Source: Gemmatimonadota bacterium (GTDB taxonomy: Bacteria > Gemmatimonadota > Gemmatimonadetes > Longimicrobiales > Gaopeijiaceae). Taken from it: a DNA stretch of 64,000 nt. The stretch is from NCBI GenBank assembly GCA_007125845.1, contig SLCK01000014.1:16546-80545 (forward strand), in the 5' to 3' direction. Shown piece by piece: positions 18,560 to 28,645 of this stretch (positions are counted from its first letter, which is position 1; each line of letters starts with the position of its first letter). The position numbers were made by a program, and so were the translations under genes. The notes under the pieces are model-generated. The model saw nothing but the letters and a program-made list of their open reading frames with translations. It searched no databases and had not been told where the DNA came from.

Positions 18560-19567
18560 TCAGGAGGGATCCGGCTCGACTCCACGTCGCCGCGAAAGCC
18601 AGGCGAGGGCGGCGACAAGCAGGACGGCACCAACCCCCGCCGCCAGAGCCTCGGGTACGGCGGCATTCGTCCCGGTCAGGGCCTCCCACCGTCCGGGTGA
18701 GATCGGACGAGTCACGAGGGGCAGAGTCGCCCCGCTGGAGTCGACGTAGGTGCTCATGATCTCCCGCCACGGCCACAGCTTCTGGAGGGACCCCACCATG
18801 AGGCCGCAGAGAAACGCAAGCGTCGCGTGATATCGGGTCCGGATGAGCCACGTGAGAACCCGGGAAAAGGCAATAATTCCCACGGTGCATCCCATGGCAA
18901 AGGCCACGAGGAAGGGCAGATGCAACTCGCTCACGGCACGCACGAGCTGCTCGTACTTACCCAGAAGGAGGAGAAGGAAGCTGCCCGAGAGGCCGGGCAG
19001 GATCCAGGCGCAGATGGCCACGGCCGCGGCAAGGAAGGTGGAAAGCCAGTGTTCGGGTGCCGGCAGCGGTTGGACGCTGGCCAGCACGAGGCCAATCCCG
19101 ATCCCAGCGGCGGCCACCCCGATACGCGAACCGCTCCAGGGGCGAACATGACGACCGACGAATGGGACCGACGCCACGATGAGTCCGAAGAAGAAGGCCC
19201 AGATCTGGACCTCCCGGTGCTCGAGCAACCAGGCGAGCATCGAGGCGAAGAGTACGAAGCTGGTGAGCATACCGACTCCCAGCATCGCCAGGAATCCCAG
19301 ATTCCCCCGCCGCCACGCCTCGAGCGGCCGACCGCCTACCGCCAGGCGCACGAGGCTCCACTCCAACCCCCGGATCGACCGCACCAGTTCCAGGTAGATC
19401 CCCGTGATGAAGGCGATCGTGCCCCCCGAGACTCCCGGAACGAGCTCGGCCGCACCCATCGCCATCCCCCTCAGGTGGATTCCCACCCAACCACCGATCC
19501 CGCGGGCGGGGGAGGGGCCCCGAGAGTCGAGGGACGGCGGCTCGGGATTCAGGGTCATGGCCTCCAC
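18560..19567 (-). CDS. DUF368-family membrane protein (family implicated in polyprenyl-phosphate recycling)
   Basis: 335 aa polytopic protein with duplicated signature VSGGTIAFITGIY and LSGSFLLLLLGKY. Start is either GTG 19567 or ATG 19558. Confidence 0.8.
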   Translation of the reverse strand: MEAMTLNPEPPSLDSRGPSPARGIGGWVGIHLRGMAMGAAELVPGVSGGTIAFITGIYLELVRSIRGLEWSLVRLAVGGRPLEAWRRGNLGFLAMLGVGMLTSFVLFASMLAWLLEHREVQIWAFFFGLIVASVPFVGRHVRPWSGSRIGVAAAGIGIGLVLASVQPLPAPEHWLSTFLAAAVAICAWILPGLSGSFLLLLLGKYEQLVRAVSELHLPFLVAFAMGCTVGIIAFSRVLTWLIRTRYHATLAFLCGLMVGSLQKLWPWREIMSTYVDSSGATLPLVTRPISPGRWEALTGTNAAVPEALAAGVGAVLLVAALAWLSRRRGVEPDPS

Positions 19568-19758
19568 GAAAGTCGCGCTGGGGAGCTCGAAGATCGGTGA
19601 ACTCTACCGGGCAGGGGAGACGAGGTCCAGAGACCCCCTGCCGGACCGCGCCTCGCCCGGGGTGCGGGGATCCGGCCTGGAACCCGGCTTGACGGTTCCT
19701 CCACCGGGCGGGTATACCTGTTTGCCGACTCTGCCGATCCTCGCGCCCGGAGGCCCCC

Positions 19759-21102
19759 GTGAGAATCCTCGTCAAGGATGCCCTCCTCGACGGGAAACCT
19801 TGTTCCCTCCTGCTCGAGGAGGGAAAGATCTCCTGGATCCGAGACAGCGCCGAAGAACACCCCCGCCGGGAAATCGCGCCGGCGATCCCAGGGCCCGACC
19901 CGGTCCCGGACACCCCTCGGGGGACCGACTCCGACGTAGACCGCGTGCTGGATGCCCGAGGCCTCCACGCGTTTCCCTCATTTCGAAACGCGCACACCCA
20001 CGTCGCGATGGTGCTCTTCCGGGGCTATGGCGACGACATGCCCTTGATGGACTGGCTGCGGACCCGGATCTGGCCCGCCGAAGCGCGCCTCACCGCCGAG
20101 GACGTCTACCACGGCGCGCGCCTGGGCATCGTCGAGATGATCCGGTCGGGGACCACCTTCTTCAACGAGATGTACTGGCACCGGGATGCCATAGAGCGCG
20201 CGGTGCAGGAGCTCGGGGTGCGAGCCGTGCTGGGGGGAATCCTTCTCGACCTGGGCGACCCTGAGGCCCTCGAAGCCCAACAGGAGGAGCTGGAGCACCT
20301 TGCCCGGAACGCCCCAAGAACTGGGCGAGTCAAGGTGGCGCTCGCCCCCCACTCCATATATATGGTGCCGCCTCACGTGCTCGAGCGGGTGGGAGAGCTG
20401 GCCCGGAAGCACGACCTCCTCGTTCACATCCATCTGTCCGAGACGGAGGACGAGGTGCGTACCTGTCTGGAGGCGAACGGTTGCCGCCCTGCCATTCACC
20501 TTCAGCGCACGGGCCTCCTGGGCCCCCATCTCGTGGCCGCCCATGGACAGTTTCTGGATGACTCGGAGCTCGAGCTCTTCGGAGAGGCGGGCGCGACCAT
20601 CGTCACCAATCCGACCGCCAACCTCAAGCTCGCGACGGGCGGCATCTTCCCCTACGCGGCCGCCAGGAGGGCGGGGGTGAGAGTCTGCCTGGGCACGGAC
20701 GGTGCCGCGTCGAACAACAACCTCGATCTCGTCGAAGAGATGAAGATGGCGGCGCTGGTCCAGAAGCACCGGGAGGCCGACGCGACCGTCCTGCCGGCGG
20801 AGGAAGCCCTCGCACTCGCCACCTCGAATCCGGCAGGCTTGTTCGAATCCGCTTCGGGAACGCTGGCTCCCGGCGAGCCGGCCGACCTCGTCCTCGCGGA
20901 CTTCTCCTCTCCCGGCACGCAGCCGGTTCACGATCCGATCTCCACCCTGGTCTACGCCGCCTCCGGTCGGTGCGTCCGGACCACGATCTGCGGCGGTCGG
21001 GTCCTGATGCACGAAGGGCGGATCGAGGTCTGCGATGAATCCGAGGTCGTGGCCGAGGCCGTGAAGGTGGCTCGGAGAGTCACGCAGCCGGAACGCTCCT
21101 GA
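19759..21102 (+). CDS. amidohydrolase-superfamily deaminase (MtaD / chlorohydrolase-like)
   Basis: 447 aa. GTG start 5 nt after GGAGG. Metal-binding HxH (NAHTHVAM), HLSE, GTDGAASNN blocks. Confidence 0.8.
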   Translation: MRILVKDALLDGKPCSLLLEEGKISWIRDSAEEHPRREIAPAIPGPDPVPDTPRGTDSDVDRVLDARGLHAFPSFRNAHTHVAMVLFRGYGDDMPLMDWLRTRIWPAEARLTAEDVYHGARLGIVEMIRSGTTFFNEMYWHRDAIERAVQELGVRAVLGGILLDLGDPEALEAQQEELEHLARNAPRTGRVKVALAPHSIYMVPPHVLERVGELARKHDLLVHIHLSETEDEVRTCLEANGCRPAIHLQRTGLLGPHLVAAHGQFLDDSELELFGEAGATIVTNPTANLKLATGGIFPYAAARRAGVRVCLGTDGAASNNNLDLVEEMKMAALVQKHREADATVLPAEEALALATSNPAGLFESASGTLAPGEPADLVLADFSSPGTQPVHDPISTLVYAASGRCVRTTICGGRVLMHEGRIEVCDESEVVAEAVKVARRVTQPERS

Positions 21103-21144
21103 CCGAACCCCTCCCGTGCCCTGATCGCGGGAGAGCCGACGACG

Positions 21145-23580
21145 TCATCGCCCAGTGTCTCCTCCGCCCCTTTCGTCGTCGGCTCGGATCCTCGCCACAC
21201 GAAGAAAGAGATACCGGGACACCATCCATCCGACGGCAGCGACGGCCGAAGCGGCAAATGAGAGCAGGAGGGGCAGGGCGGCCACCAGCCAGAGCACATT
21301 CCACTTCGAGCTTCGCAGGAATTCGGCGACCCGACGACGTCTCCGAAGCCCCTTCACCTTCGTCACATCGGGCGCGCTCTCGCGCAGCGGCGAACGCGAT
21401 GCCGACCACAACACCGCACCCACTGCGGCGACGAGCACCCCCGCGAGGAAGGGAGCGCTCTGCGGAATTTCGGGAAGGACGTCCCGTCCGAAGGTGCGCA
21501 CCAGCCCCTCCATTGGTTCGGGGAGCGGCACGAGGAGGATCTCCATCCACCATCCCACAGCGGCCGCTATGGCCGCGCCCACGTCGGCAAGGGTGAGTCC
21601 CGAGCCGAGAATCAGGATCGGGGGAAAGAGGAGGGCCGCCGCCGCCAGAAGCAGGGAAACGGGCTCGCGAAGCCTCAAGGTGCGAAAGAAGCGGGCTCGC
21701 CCTGCCAGGAGAATCTCATCCACGCGGTCACCGCCCACGGGAGTTGCCGGCGGGGATGGCGGCACACGCGCGGCCTCGGGGGGCAGCATCGCACTCAAGT
21801 GTTCCCGTACGTACCTGTCCGCGGTGGCGTACCCGTGGTTCACGAGCGCACGAACCTCGATCTCCCCGAAACCGTCGAGGTCGGTGCGCAGAGAGGCGAC
21901 GTCCCGAGGACGCGTCGGGAGCTCGATTGGATCCGGCCCGGAGCGAACCGCGATCGGAGGCGACTGGATATGAAAATACGCCAGCCCGTCCAACCGACGG
22001 ACTTCACAGAAGTCGGCGAGCCGTCCGTCGGGCTGGGATCGCTCGACCGCCTGCGAGAGACGCCGGCGTTCCCGGACATACAGTCGCTGGAGCCCCGCGA
22101 GCGCGCCCCTCAGAATCTCGGGCACCCGCAGGACCAGACTCACGTGATCGGCGGGAGCGGCCTGCTCCTCGCGGAAGAGCCCTCCCGTGTCGCTCGCGAT
22201 GATCTGCGTGCACCCCTCATCGAGCAGCGCCGTGATTCCCATGTTGTCGAAGACGCCTCCGTCGGTCAGGGACAGGCGCGACACGAAGGCGTCTTCGTAG
22301 AGACCGTGAATGACCATCGGAGGAAATACCGGCGGAAAGCACGCGGAGGCGCCGACCGCCTCCGCGACCGTGAGCCGCCCCCAGTCCTTCTCGAGGTCGG
22401 GCGATGCCCGCTCTCCCGTTCTCAGCCAGTAGAGCTCGAGGATGAACTCCACGAGAAGGAGCTCCAGCTCCGGCGATGCCTCCGTCGCCGCTCTCAGGGA
22501 ACGGACCAGGTCTCGGTCAAGGTCGGCCAGAAGCTGGTGGAAGCGTGCCCGGTGAATTGCGACGTCCTCGTCCCGGATGACTCGGTCCGAGCCCGAGAGC
22601 TCCCGAATACACCATGCCTCCACCTTCACCGGACGGAGAGCGCCGAGCTCAACCGAGGGCAGCCTGCCCGGGAACCCCTGGACCTCGAAGAGCGCCTCCC
22701 AACCGGCCGGGAGCTCCTCAACGTCGCTTCCCCCGCGGCGCCACCACAGCGCGAGAGACGCGGTGCGATGATCGTCGTCCGATCCGGGAATGTCTCCCTC
22801 TTCGGTATCCCCCCCCAGGGCGAGCTCTTCGACATCCTCCTCGGCCAGATCGTGCAGGAGCCGCTTTCTAGCCAGGATTCTCGAGATCTCGTCGGCCCGG
22901 AAGGCCCCGAGCTGCCAGTCGCCCACCTCTCCGGCCGAGAACCAGAAGCGGGTGCCCGAGTTCAGAGAAGTGGCATTCAGCACGAGCGCCGTGAGCACCG
23001 ACCCCCCCGAATCCAACTGGTCCCGGTTGTAGGCTGAGAACTCCCTATCCGGAAGACGTCCTCCCGGTCGGATCCGCAGGTCCGTGAGGGCGATCCGCCC
23101 CGGCCGAAGCCACCGCTCGAGGAGCGGGCGCTCCCGGTACCCCTCGAGGTCCTGGGCCACAGCCTCGAAGAGATGGCGCTCATAGAGACGCGACATCCGG
23201 CGCGCAAGGGAATCTCCCGTAAGGAGCACCCTGAGGGTGCCGAGCGGGTTGACCAGGAGGAGCGTGCGCAGGTTGCGCCTCACACCGCGCACCAGCACCT
23301 GCTCGAGCTCACGAACGATCTCGACATACTCCTCCCGGGTCAGGCGACCATCGGGAGAACGCTCGAGCTCCCGCTTCAGGAGGAGAACGTACAGCGCCCC
23401 GACGATGGACCCTCCGGATACCGTGCTCAGGTGCTCGATCCGCCGCAGGAGGTCCAGCTCGGCCAGGCGCCGGAGCACGCCGAGGTGAAAGAGCGAGGCC
23501 CGGAATCCGCCACCTGCCAGCGCAAGGCCCAACTTGGACCGGGTCGAGGCCAGCGACCCTTCCGAATGCGCGTCCGTCAT
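21145..23580 (-). CDS. patatin-like phospholipase with large insert and C-terminal multi-TM domain
   Basis: 811 aa. Oxyanion GLALAGGGFRASLFHLGVL, nucleophile elbow STVSGGS, catalytic DGGVFDNMG about 380 aa downstream, and about 4 TM helices in the last 200 aa. Confidence 0.85.
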   Translation of the reverse strand: MTDAHSEGSLASTRSKLGLALAGGGFRASLFHLGVLRRLAELDLLRRIEHLSTVSGGSIVGALYVLLLKRELERSPDGRLTREEYVEIVRELEQVLVRGVRRNLRTLLLVNPLGTLRVLLTGDSLARRMSRLYERHLFEAVAQDLEGYRERPLLERWLRPGRIALTDLRIRPGGRLPDREFSAYNRDQLDSGGSVLTALVLNATSLNSGTRFWFSAGEVGDWQLGAFRADEISRILARKRLLHDLAEEDVEELALGGDTEEGDIPGSDDDHRTASLALWWRRGGSDVEELPAGWEALFEVQGFPGRLPSVELGALRPVKVEAWCIRELSGSDRVIRDEDVAIHRARFHQLLADLDRDLVRSLRAATEASPELELLLVEFILELYWLRTGERASPDLEKDWGRLTVAEAVGASACFPPVFPPMVIHGLYEDAFVSRLSLTDGGVFDNMGITALLDEGCTQIIASDTGGLFREEQAAPADHVSLVLRVPEILRGALAGLQRLYVRERRRLSQAVERSQPDGRLADFCEVRRLDGLAYFHIQSPPIAVRSGPDPIELPTRPRDVASLRTDLDGFGEIEVRALVNHGYATADRYVREHLSAMLPPEAARVPPSPPATPVGGDRVDEILLAGRARFFRTLRLREPVSLLLAAAALLFPPILILGSGLTLADVGAAIAAAVGWWMEILLVPLPEPMEGLVRTFGRDVLPEIPQSAPFLAGVLVAAVGAVLWSASRSPLRESAPDVTKVKGLRRRRRVAEFLRSSKWNVLWLVAALPLLLSFAASAVAAVGWMVSRYLFLRVARIRADDERGGGDTGR

Positions 23581-24080
23581 GGTTCAGAGTGGGAGTTGTA
23601 CTTCAGTCCGGTCATCCTGGCGAGCTCCTCGTCGACTCGACCGACAACGCAAAATGGTGTGCGCGCCCCGTGATCGATCTCAGGCTACGGGTCCACAACG
23701 CTCACGTCATAGGTCACGGCCCCGGAAACGGCAAGGGTGCCGAGCCCTGGTCCGCACCGCCTCCCAACCCCGCAACTGGCGTCCCCGGAGCCCATCTCCT
23801 ATTTTTCGACGGAATCCGTTCGGGCTCGCGCCCGGGGTGGTTCCCAGCGAAGACACATCCCCAGACTCGAGCCCGCATGCGCCCCACGGGCGATCCCCAG
23901 AGTATCGAGATTGCGGAGTTTCGCAACCGCGCTCAAGGACGGTCGAGATGAGCACAGATCGGTCGGGAGGATAATTCATTGCCCCCATTCCGTGGGAGTG
24001 ACCCACCTGACCAACCGGATCGGGGGTCGCTCCATGACACGCTTTGCCGTGCTGGCGCCGCAGCCGGCATCGAAGAGGCC

Positions 24081-26114
24081 ATGGAGCTGGGTCCCGTATT
24101 CGTCGAGGCCCTCTTCGAGGCGGCTCCCGATGCGATCTGCTTGCTCGCACACGGGGGGCGGATCCTCAAAGTGAACCGGGAGTTCGAGAGACTGTTCGGC
24201 TATTCCTTGGCCGACTGCCAGGACCGCAACATCGACGACTTGCTCGCTCCTTCGGAGCACAAGAAGGTGGCCAAGGATCTCACGAGACGGCTCGATGAGA
24301 GCAATCACGAGCGCGTGCGGCAGGACGTGATCCGCCAGGACGCTAGCGGAAATCTCATCCACGTCTCCATCCTCGCCCAACCCATCTTCCTGGACGACTT
24401 TCGGATCGGGACGTACGCGAGCTACCGGGACATCTCCGCTCGCAAGGCGCGGGAGCTGGACCTGCAGGAGGCCAAGCGGATGGCCGAGTCCGCCAACGTT
24501 GCCAAGACTCAGTTTCTGGCCAACACCAGTCACGAGATCCGCACACCCATGAACGCGATCATGGGAATGGCGAACCTCCTGGCCGAGACCGATCTCACCG
24601 AAGAGCAGAGGCGCTACGTTGAGATCTTCCGCTCCGCCGGTGAGAATCTTCTCGAGCTGATCAACGACATCCTCGACCTCTCGAGGGTGGAATCTGGCAG
24701 TCTGGAGTTGGAGGACGAGCCGCTGCACCTGGACGACCTCCTGAACAGTGTCGCCGAAGTCCTGGCGGTTCAGGCCCACAAGAAGGGGCTTGAGCTGATC
24801 GTGCGAGTTCCGCCGGAGCTGCCGACGGCCGTGCGGGGAGACGAGAATCGACTCCGGCAGGTGCTGACCAACCTGGTCGGGAACGCGGTGAAGTTCACCG
24901 ACAGTGGTGAGGTATCTCTGGAGCTGAGCGCGGCGAACCGGAGCAGGGCCACGCCGGAGGGAATCGTGCATCTGCTCGAGTTTGTGGTCTCCGACACGGG
25001 CGGCGGCATTCCTGAAGACCAACAGGCCGAGGTCTTCCTTCCGTTCACCCAGGCAGACGGCTCGACGACGAGGGAGCACGGGGGGTCGGGACTCGGTCTC
25101 ACCATCGCCTCACGCTTGGTGAAGCTGATGGGCGGCGAGCTCCAGCTCGAGAGCATTGTCGGCCAGGGGAGCTCCTTCCGCTTCGTCCTCGCGATGCCTG
25201 CCCATGATGAGGCTCGCAGAAAGGTCGAGGAGGTCGAGTCGGTCAATCTCAAGGGCAGCCTCTGCCTGGTGGTGGACGACCACGCGGTGAACCGGTTGAT
25301 CCTGAGCGAGATCCTCATGGGATGGGGCAGCGAAGTCGTGGAAGCGGGAGGCGGAATCGAGGCTCTCGCGCTCCTTCGCCGGGCAAAGAGGGAGGGGAAA
25401 ACTTTCGACTTCGTCCTCCTCGACGGGCAGATGCCGGGGATGGACGGATTCGAGGTAGCGGAGGTCATCGACCGGGAGCATCGCGGCACAGGCGTCACGG
25501 TGCTCATGCTGACGTCTCTCGACCGACGGGGAGACATCGCTCGGGCCAAGGAGCTCAACATCCACAGGTACATGGTCAAGCCGGTCCAGCGAAAAGCCCT
25601 CGCCCGGGCACTGTCGCGAGCACAAAGCGGCGCCGAGAGCAACGCCGCACAGGAGGCTGCGCCACGAACGGAGCCGACGACTCGACCCGAGCCGGCATCA
25701 GGCGCCTCGACTCCCATGCGCGTCTTGCTGGCAGAGGACGTGGATGACAATCGACTCCTGATCGAGCTGTTCCTGAAGGATGCGAACGTGGAGCTGGTCA
25801 TGGTCGAGAACGGGAAGGAGGCCGTGGAGGCAGTCCGAAGCGGCCGCACGTTCGACCTGATTCTCATGGACATCCAGATGCCAGTGCTGGACGGCTATCG
25901 GGCCACCCGAGAGATCCGCAGCCTGGAGAAGGCCAATGACCGGGGGCGCGTGCCGATACTGGCTCTCACGGCCCACGCTCTGGAGGAGGAGCGCCGATTG
26001 ACACGGGAGGCCGGCTGCGACGATCACCTGACCAAGCCGATCCGGAAGGACGAGCTGATCTCGATCGTCGAGCGATATCGGGCAAACCCGAAGCCGGGGC
26101 AGGCAGACGCATGA
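24081..26114 (+). CDS. hybrid sensor histidine kinase: PAS - HisKA - HATPase - REC - REC
   Basis: Track ORF starts at 23979. Preferred ATG is 24081 (MELGPVFVEALFEAAPDAI), after GAAGAGG. H-box FLANTSHEIRTPMNAI. HATPase blocks DTGGGI and GGSGLGL. Two receivers (VLLDGQMPGMDG; LILMDIQMPVLDG). Confidence 0.85.
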   Translation: MELGPVFVEALFEAAPDAICLLAHGGRILKVNREFERLFGYSLADCQDRNIDDLLAPSEHKKVAKDLTRRLDESNHERVRQDVIRQDASGNLIHVSILAQPIFLDDFRIGTYASYRDISARKARELDLQEAKRMAESANVAKTQFLANTSHEIRTPMNAIMGMANLLAETDLTEEQRRYVEIFRSAGENLLELINDILDLSRVESGSLELEDEPLHLDDLLNSVAEVLAVQAHKKGLELIVRVPPELPTAVRGDENRLRQVLTNLVGNAVKFTDSGEVSLELSAANRSRATPEGIVHLLEFVVSDTGGGIPEDQQAEVFLPFTQADGSTTREHGGSGLGLTIASRLVKLMGGELQLESIVGQGSSFRFVLAMPAHDEARRKVEEVESVNLKGSLCLVVDDHAVNRLILSEILMGWGSEVVEAGGGIEALALLRRAKREGKTFDFVLLDGQMPGMDGFEVAEVIDREHRGTGVTVLMLTSLDRRGDIARAKELNIHRYMVKPVQRKALARALSRAQSGAESNAAQEAAPRTEPTTRPEPASGASTPMRVLLAEDVDDNRLLIELFLKDANVELVMVENGKEAVEAVRSGRTFDLILMDIQMPVLDGYRATREIRSLEKANDRGRVPILALTAHALEEERRLTREAGCDDHLTKPIRKDELISIVERYRANPKPGQADA

Positions 26115-28270
26115 GCCGAACTCCTGTCCGACGCGAGAGCTGGCTCCTTCCGGAGACGTTCAGCGCCTTCAAGCGTGATCTCGTCGAGCGTCGCTCTCCC
26201 GACCCCGACGTGATCGGAGAAGCCCAGACCGTGGGGCCCACGCAGCTCTACGAGCTCGGTCGTATCCTGCACCTTCCCGACGACCAGATCTGCCGATACC
26301 TCGCTCGATTTCTGGAGCTCCCTTACCTCGAGCGGCTCCATGCCGAGGAGCTTCTTGGAAGTGCGCTCTCGCGCGAGTTCTGCGAGGCGAACCTCGTAGC
26401 TCCCCTCACTGATGGCCGGGTCGTCCTCTCCAACCCCTTCGACTGGGCACTCATCGACACGCTCGAAAGGACGCTGTGGAGGGGTGCGGCGCCGGACGTC
26501 GCCCTGGCCGAGCCGGAGACCATTCTCACGGCTACTCGCCGGGGGGATGACGAAATCCTCCAACACGACCTTACGAAATCGGAAGTCCTCTCCCTTGAGT
26601 CGGCCGAGTCGACCGCCAGCGAACACGAGGGGCAGTCAGAAAGGGCGTCCGCCGCCGCGATCGGGAACGAGATCATGCGGGGAGCCGTGCGGGAGAAGGC
26701 CAGCGACGTCCACTTCGAGCCAAAAGAACGCGGAACGCTGGTCCGGTACCGGATCGACGGGGAGATGCACGACATCCGCATGATCGACCGGGAAACGGGC
26801 ACAAGGGTCATTTCGCGACTCAAGGTCTCTGCGGGCATGAACATCGCGGAGCGACGCAAGCCGCAGGACGGCTCTGTGGAAGCAAGCTTTGACGGTCGTC
26901 GGTTCAAGCTGCGCTTGGCCACCAGCGCGACCACCGACGGAGAGACGCTCGTCGTCAGAATCCTCGAACCCCACGTCGAACCGATCCCCCTGGAAGATCT
27001 CGGTTTCACGGAGGATCAAGCGGCCGACCTGCGCGAGATGGCGGGGCAGCGACAGGGAACGATCCTCGTCGTGGGACCGACCGGCTCGGGCAAGTCCACG
27101 ACCATCTTCACCCTCCTCAGCACGGTCGACGGGGAAAGTCGCAGCATCATGTCGGTCGAGGACCCGGTCGAGTATCGGATTCCTCACGCCAACCAGCAGC
27201 AGGTCCAGGAGCGGGCGGGAATCACCTTCGAGTCGCTGCTGCGCTCGGCGATGAGGCAGGACCCCGATATCCTGTTCCTGGGTGAAGTGCGCGATCGCTT
27301 CTCGGCTCTGGCCTTGCTTGATTTCTCGAGCTCGGGCCACCTGACGATCTCGAGCCTCCATTCATCGAATGCGACCACCGCCATCTTTCGACTGGAGCGG
27401 CTGGGCGTCGATCGCAGTGCCATGTCGGAGGCCATTTCGGGAATCGTCGCCCAGAAGCTTTTGAGATCCCTGTGCACATCGTGCCGAGAGATTGGGGAGA
27501 TCACCGCAGAAGAGCGACGCCTCCTCGAAGCTTTCACGGACGATGTTCCGCAGGTGGTGGCTCGGGCCGTTGGCTGTCCGGCGTGCCGGGAAACCGGCTA
27601 TTCGGGCCGGCAGGCCGTATGCGAAGTCATTCGAGTCGACCAGACGATCGCGCAAATGATTCAGAAGGGGGAGCCGGTTGCGAAGATCCGCACCCACCTT
27701 GCCCGGTCCGGCCGCTACCTCATCGGCCACCACGTCCTCGACCGGATCCGCTCGCAATCCATCCCGGTCCGGGAGGCGTACGAGCAGATCCTGATCGAGG
27801 AGCTGCACCTGAAAGACCTGCCTGCGGAGCCCCCCGCGTCGTCCGAATCGGCGTCGCCCGAGGAGGAGGTCGCGCCGATGATCCTTCTGGTGGACGATGA
27901 CCCCGACTTCCATGCGCTGGTCGAGGTCTTTCTCACCGGGGCGGGCTACCGGATGGTCTCGGCGTACGACGGCCTGGAGGGGATGATGGAGCTCGCCCGA
28001 ACACCGATCGACCTGATCCTCTCCGACATCCGAATGCCGAACCTCGACGGTGTGAAGCTCATGGAGATGATCACGAACAAGGGTGTCGACGTGCCGGCCA
28101 TCTTTCTGACCGGCGCCACCGACGACGGGCTCGAAGCCAAAGTGCTCTCGCTGGGCGCCGCGGACTTCATGCGAAAACCCATCTCCCGGGACGTGCTCCT
28201 CCTGCGGGTCAAGAAAGTCCTGGCGACCAAGGGCATTCAGCCGCCCTCCCCGAGCGAGAGCCTCCCATGA
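26111..28270 (+). CDS. GspE/PilB-family type II/IV secretion/pilus assembly ATPase with C-terminal response-regulator receiver domain
   Basis: 719 aa. ATGA overlap with the HK stop. T2SSE_N-like N-terminus, Walker A VGPTGSGKST, tetracysteine CTSC...CPAC. C-terminal REC is ILLVDDDPDF...DLILSDIRMPNLDG...FLTGATDD...FMRKP (acceptor Asp codon 28025-28027). Confidence 0.9.
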   Translation: MSRTPVRRESWLLPETFSAFKRDLVERRSPDPDVIGEAQTVGPTQLYELGRILHLPDDQICRYLARFLELPYLERLHAEELLGSALSREFCEANLVAPLTDGRVVLSNPFDWALIDTLERTLWRGAAPDVALAEPETILTATRRGDDEILQHDLTKSEVLSLESAESTASEHEGQSERASAAAIGNEIMRGAVREKASDVHFEPKERGTLVRYRIDGEMHDIRMIDRETGTRVISRLKVSAGMNIAERRKPQDGSVEASFDGRRFKLRLATSATTDGETLVVRILEPHVEPIPLEDLGFTEDQAADLREMAGQRQGTILVVGPTGSGKSTTIFTLLSTVDGESRSIMSVEDPVEYRIPHANQQQVQERAGITFESLLRSAMRQDPDILFLGEVRDRFSALALLDFSSSGHLTISSLHSSNATTAIFRLERLGVDRSAMSEAISGIVAQKLLRSLCTSCREIGEITAEERRLLEAFTDDVPQVVARAVGCPACRETGYSGRQAVCEVIRVDQTIAQMIQKGEPVAKIRTHLARSGRYLIGHHVLDRIRSQSIPVREAYEQILIEELHLKDLPAEPPASSESASPEEEVAPMILLVDDDPDFHALVEVFLTGAGYRMVSAYDGLEGMMELARTPIDLILSDIRMPNLDGVKLMEMITNKGVDVPAIFLTGATDDGLEAKVLSLGAADFMRKPISRDVLLLRVKKVLATKGIQPPSPSESLP

Positions 28271-28602
28271 CCGGGGAACACGCCTCCGGCCTCGGCCCGG
28301 GCACGCCCACCCGGGCCGAGGTGCCATCAGAGCTCGCCCCCCTGATTCCGCGTTACCTGGAGAACCGGCGAGCCGACGTCATCCGCCTTCGGGAGGCGCT
28401 CGAGCGGGGCGACCTGGACACCGTGGGCTCGGTGGGTCACTCGATGAAGGGGACCGGTGGCGGATACGGCTTTCAGGAGCTCACCGAGATCGGCGGCCGG
28501 ATCGAGGCGTGTGCCCGAGCGAAGGACAGCTCGTCGCTCCGGGAACTCCTGGAGGAGCTCGAGGCGTACCTGGAGGAAGTGGACGTCGTGTACGTCGAGT
28601 GA
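28267..28602 (+). CDS. histidine phosphotransfer (Hpt) domain protein
   Basis: 111 aa. ATGA overlap with the ATPase stop. HSMKGTGGGYGF motif (His codon 28438-28440). Confidence 0.85.
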   Translation: MTGEHASGLGPGTPTRAEVPSELAPLIPRYLENRRADVIRLREALERGDLDTVGSVGHSMKGTGGGYGFQELTEIGGRIEACARAKDSSSLRELLEELEAYLEEVDVVYVE

Positions 28603-28645
28603 TCTCCGCAGTGAATAGGTCTTGCGGGCCTTGGTCCACGGCCTT

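Noticed and set aside
20166-20181. TGGCAC-containing sigma54-like strings inside genes (this one, plus about 31955-31975 on the minus strand and 8907)
   Set aside because: The GC element is off by one position from the GG-N10-GC spacing, and the sites are intragenic.
21145-23580. Patatin as the effector of a CBASS-like defence system
   Set aside because: No CD-NTase, cyclase, E1/E2/JAB or other defence partners are adjacent. The neighbours are a deaminase and a sensor kinase.
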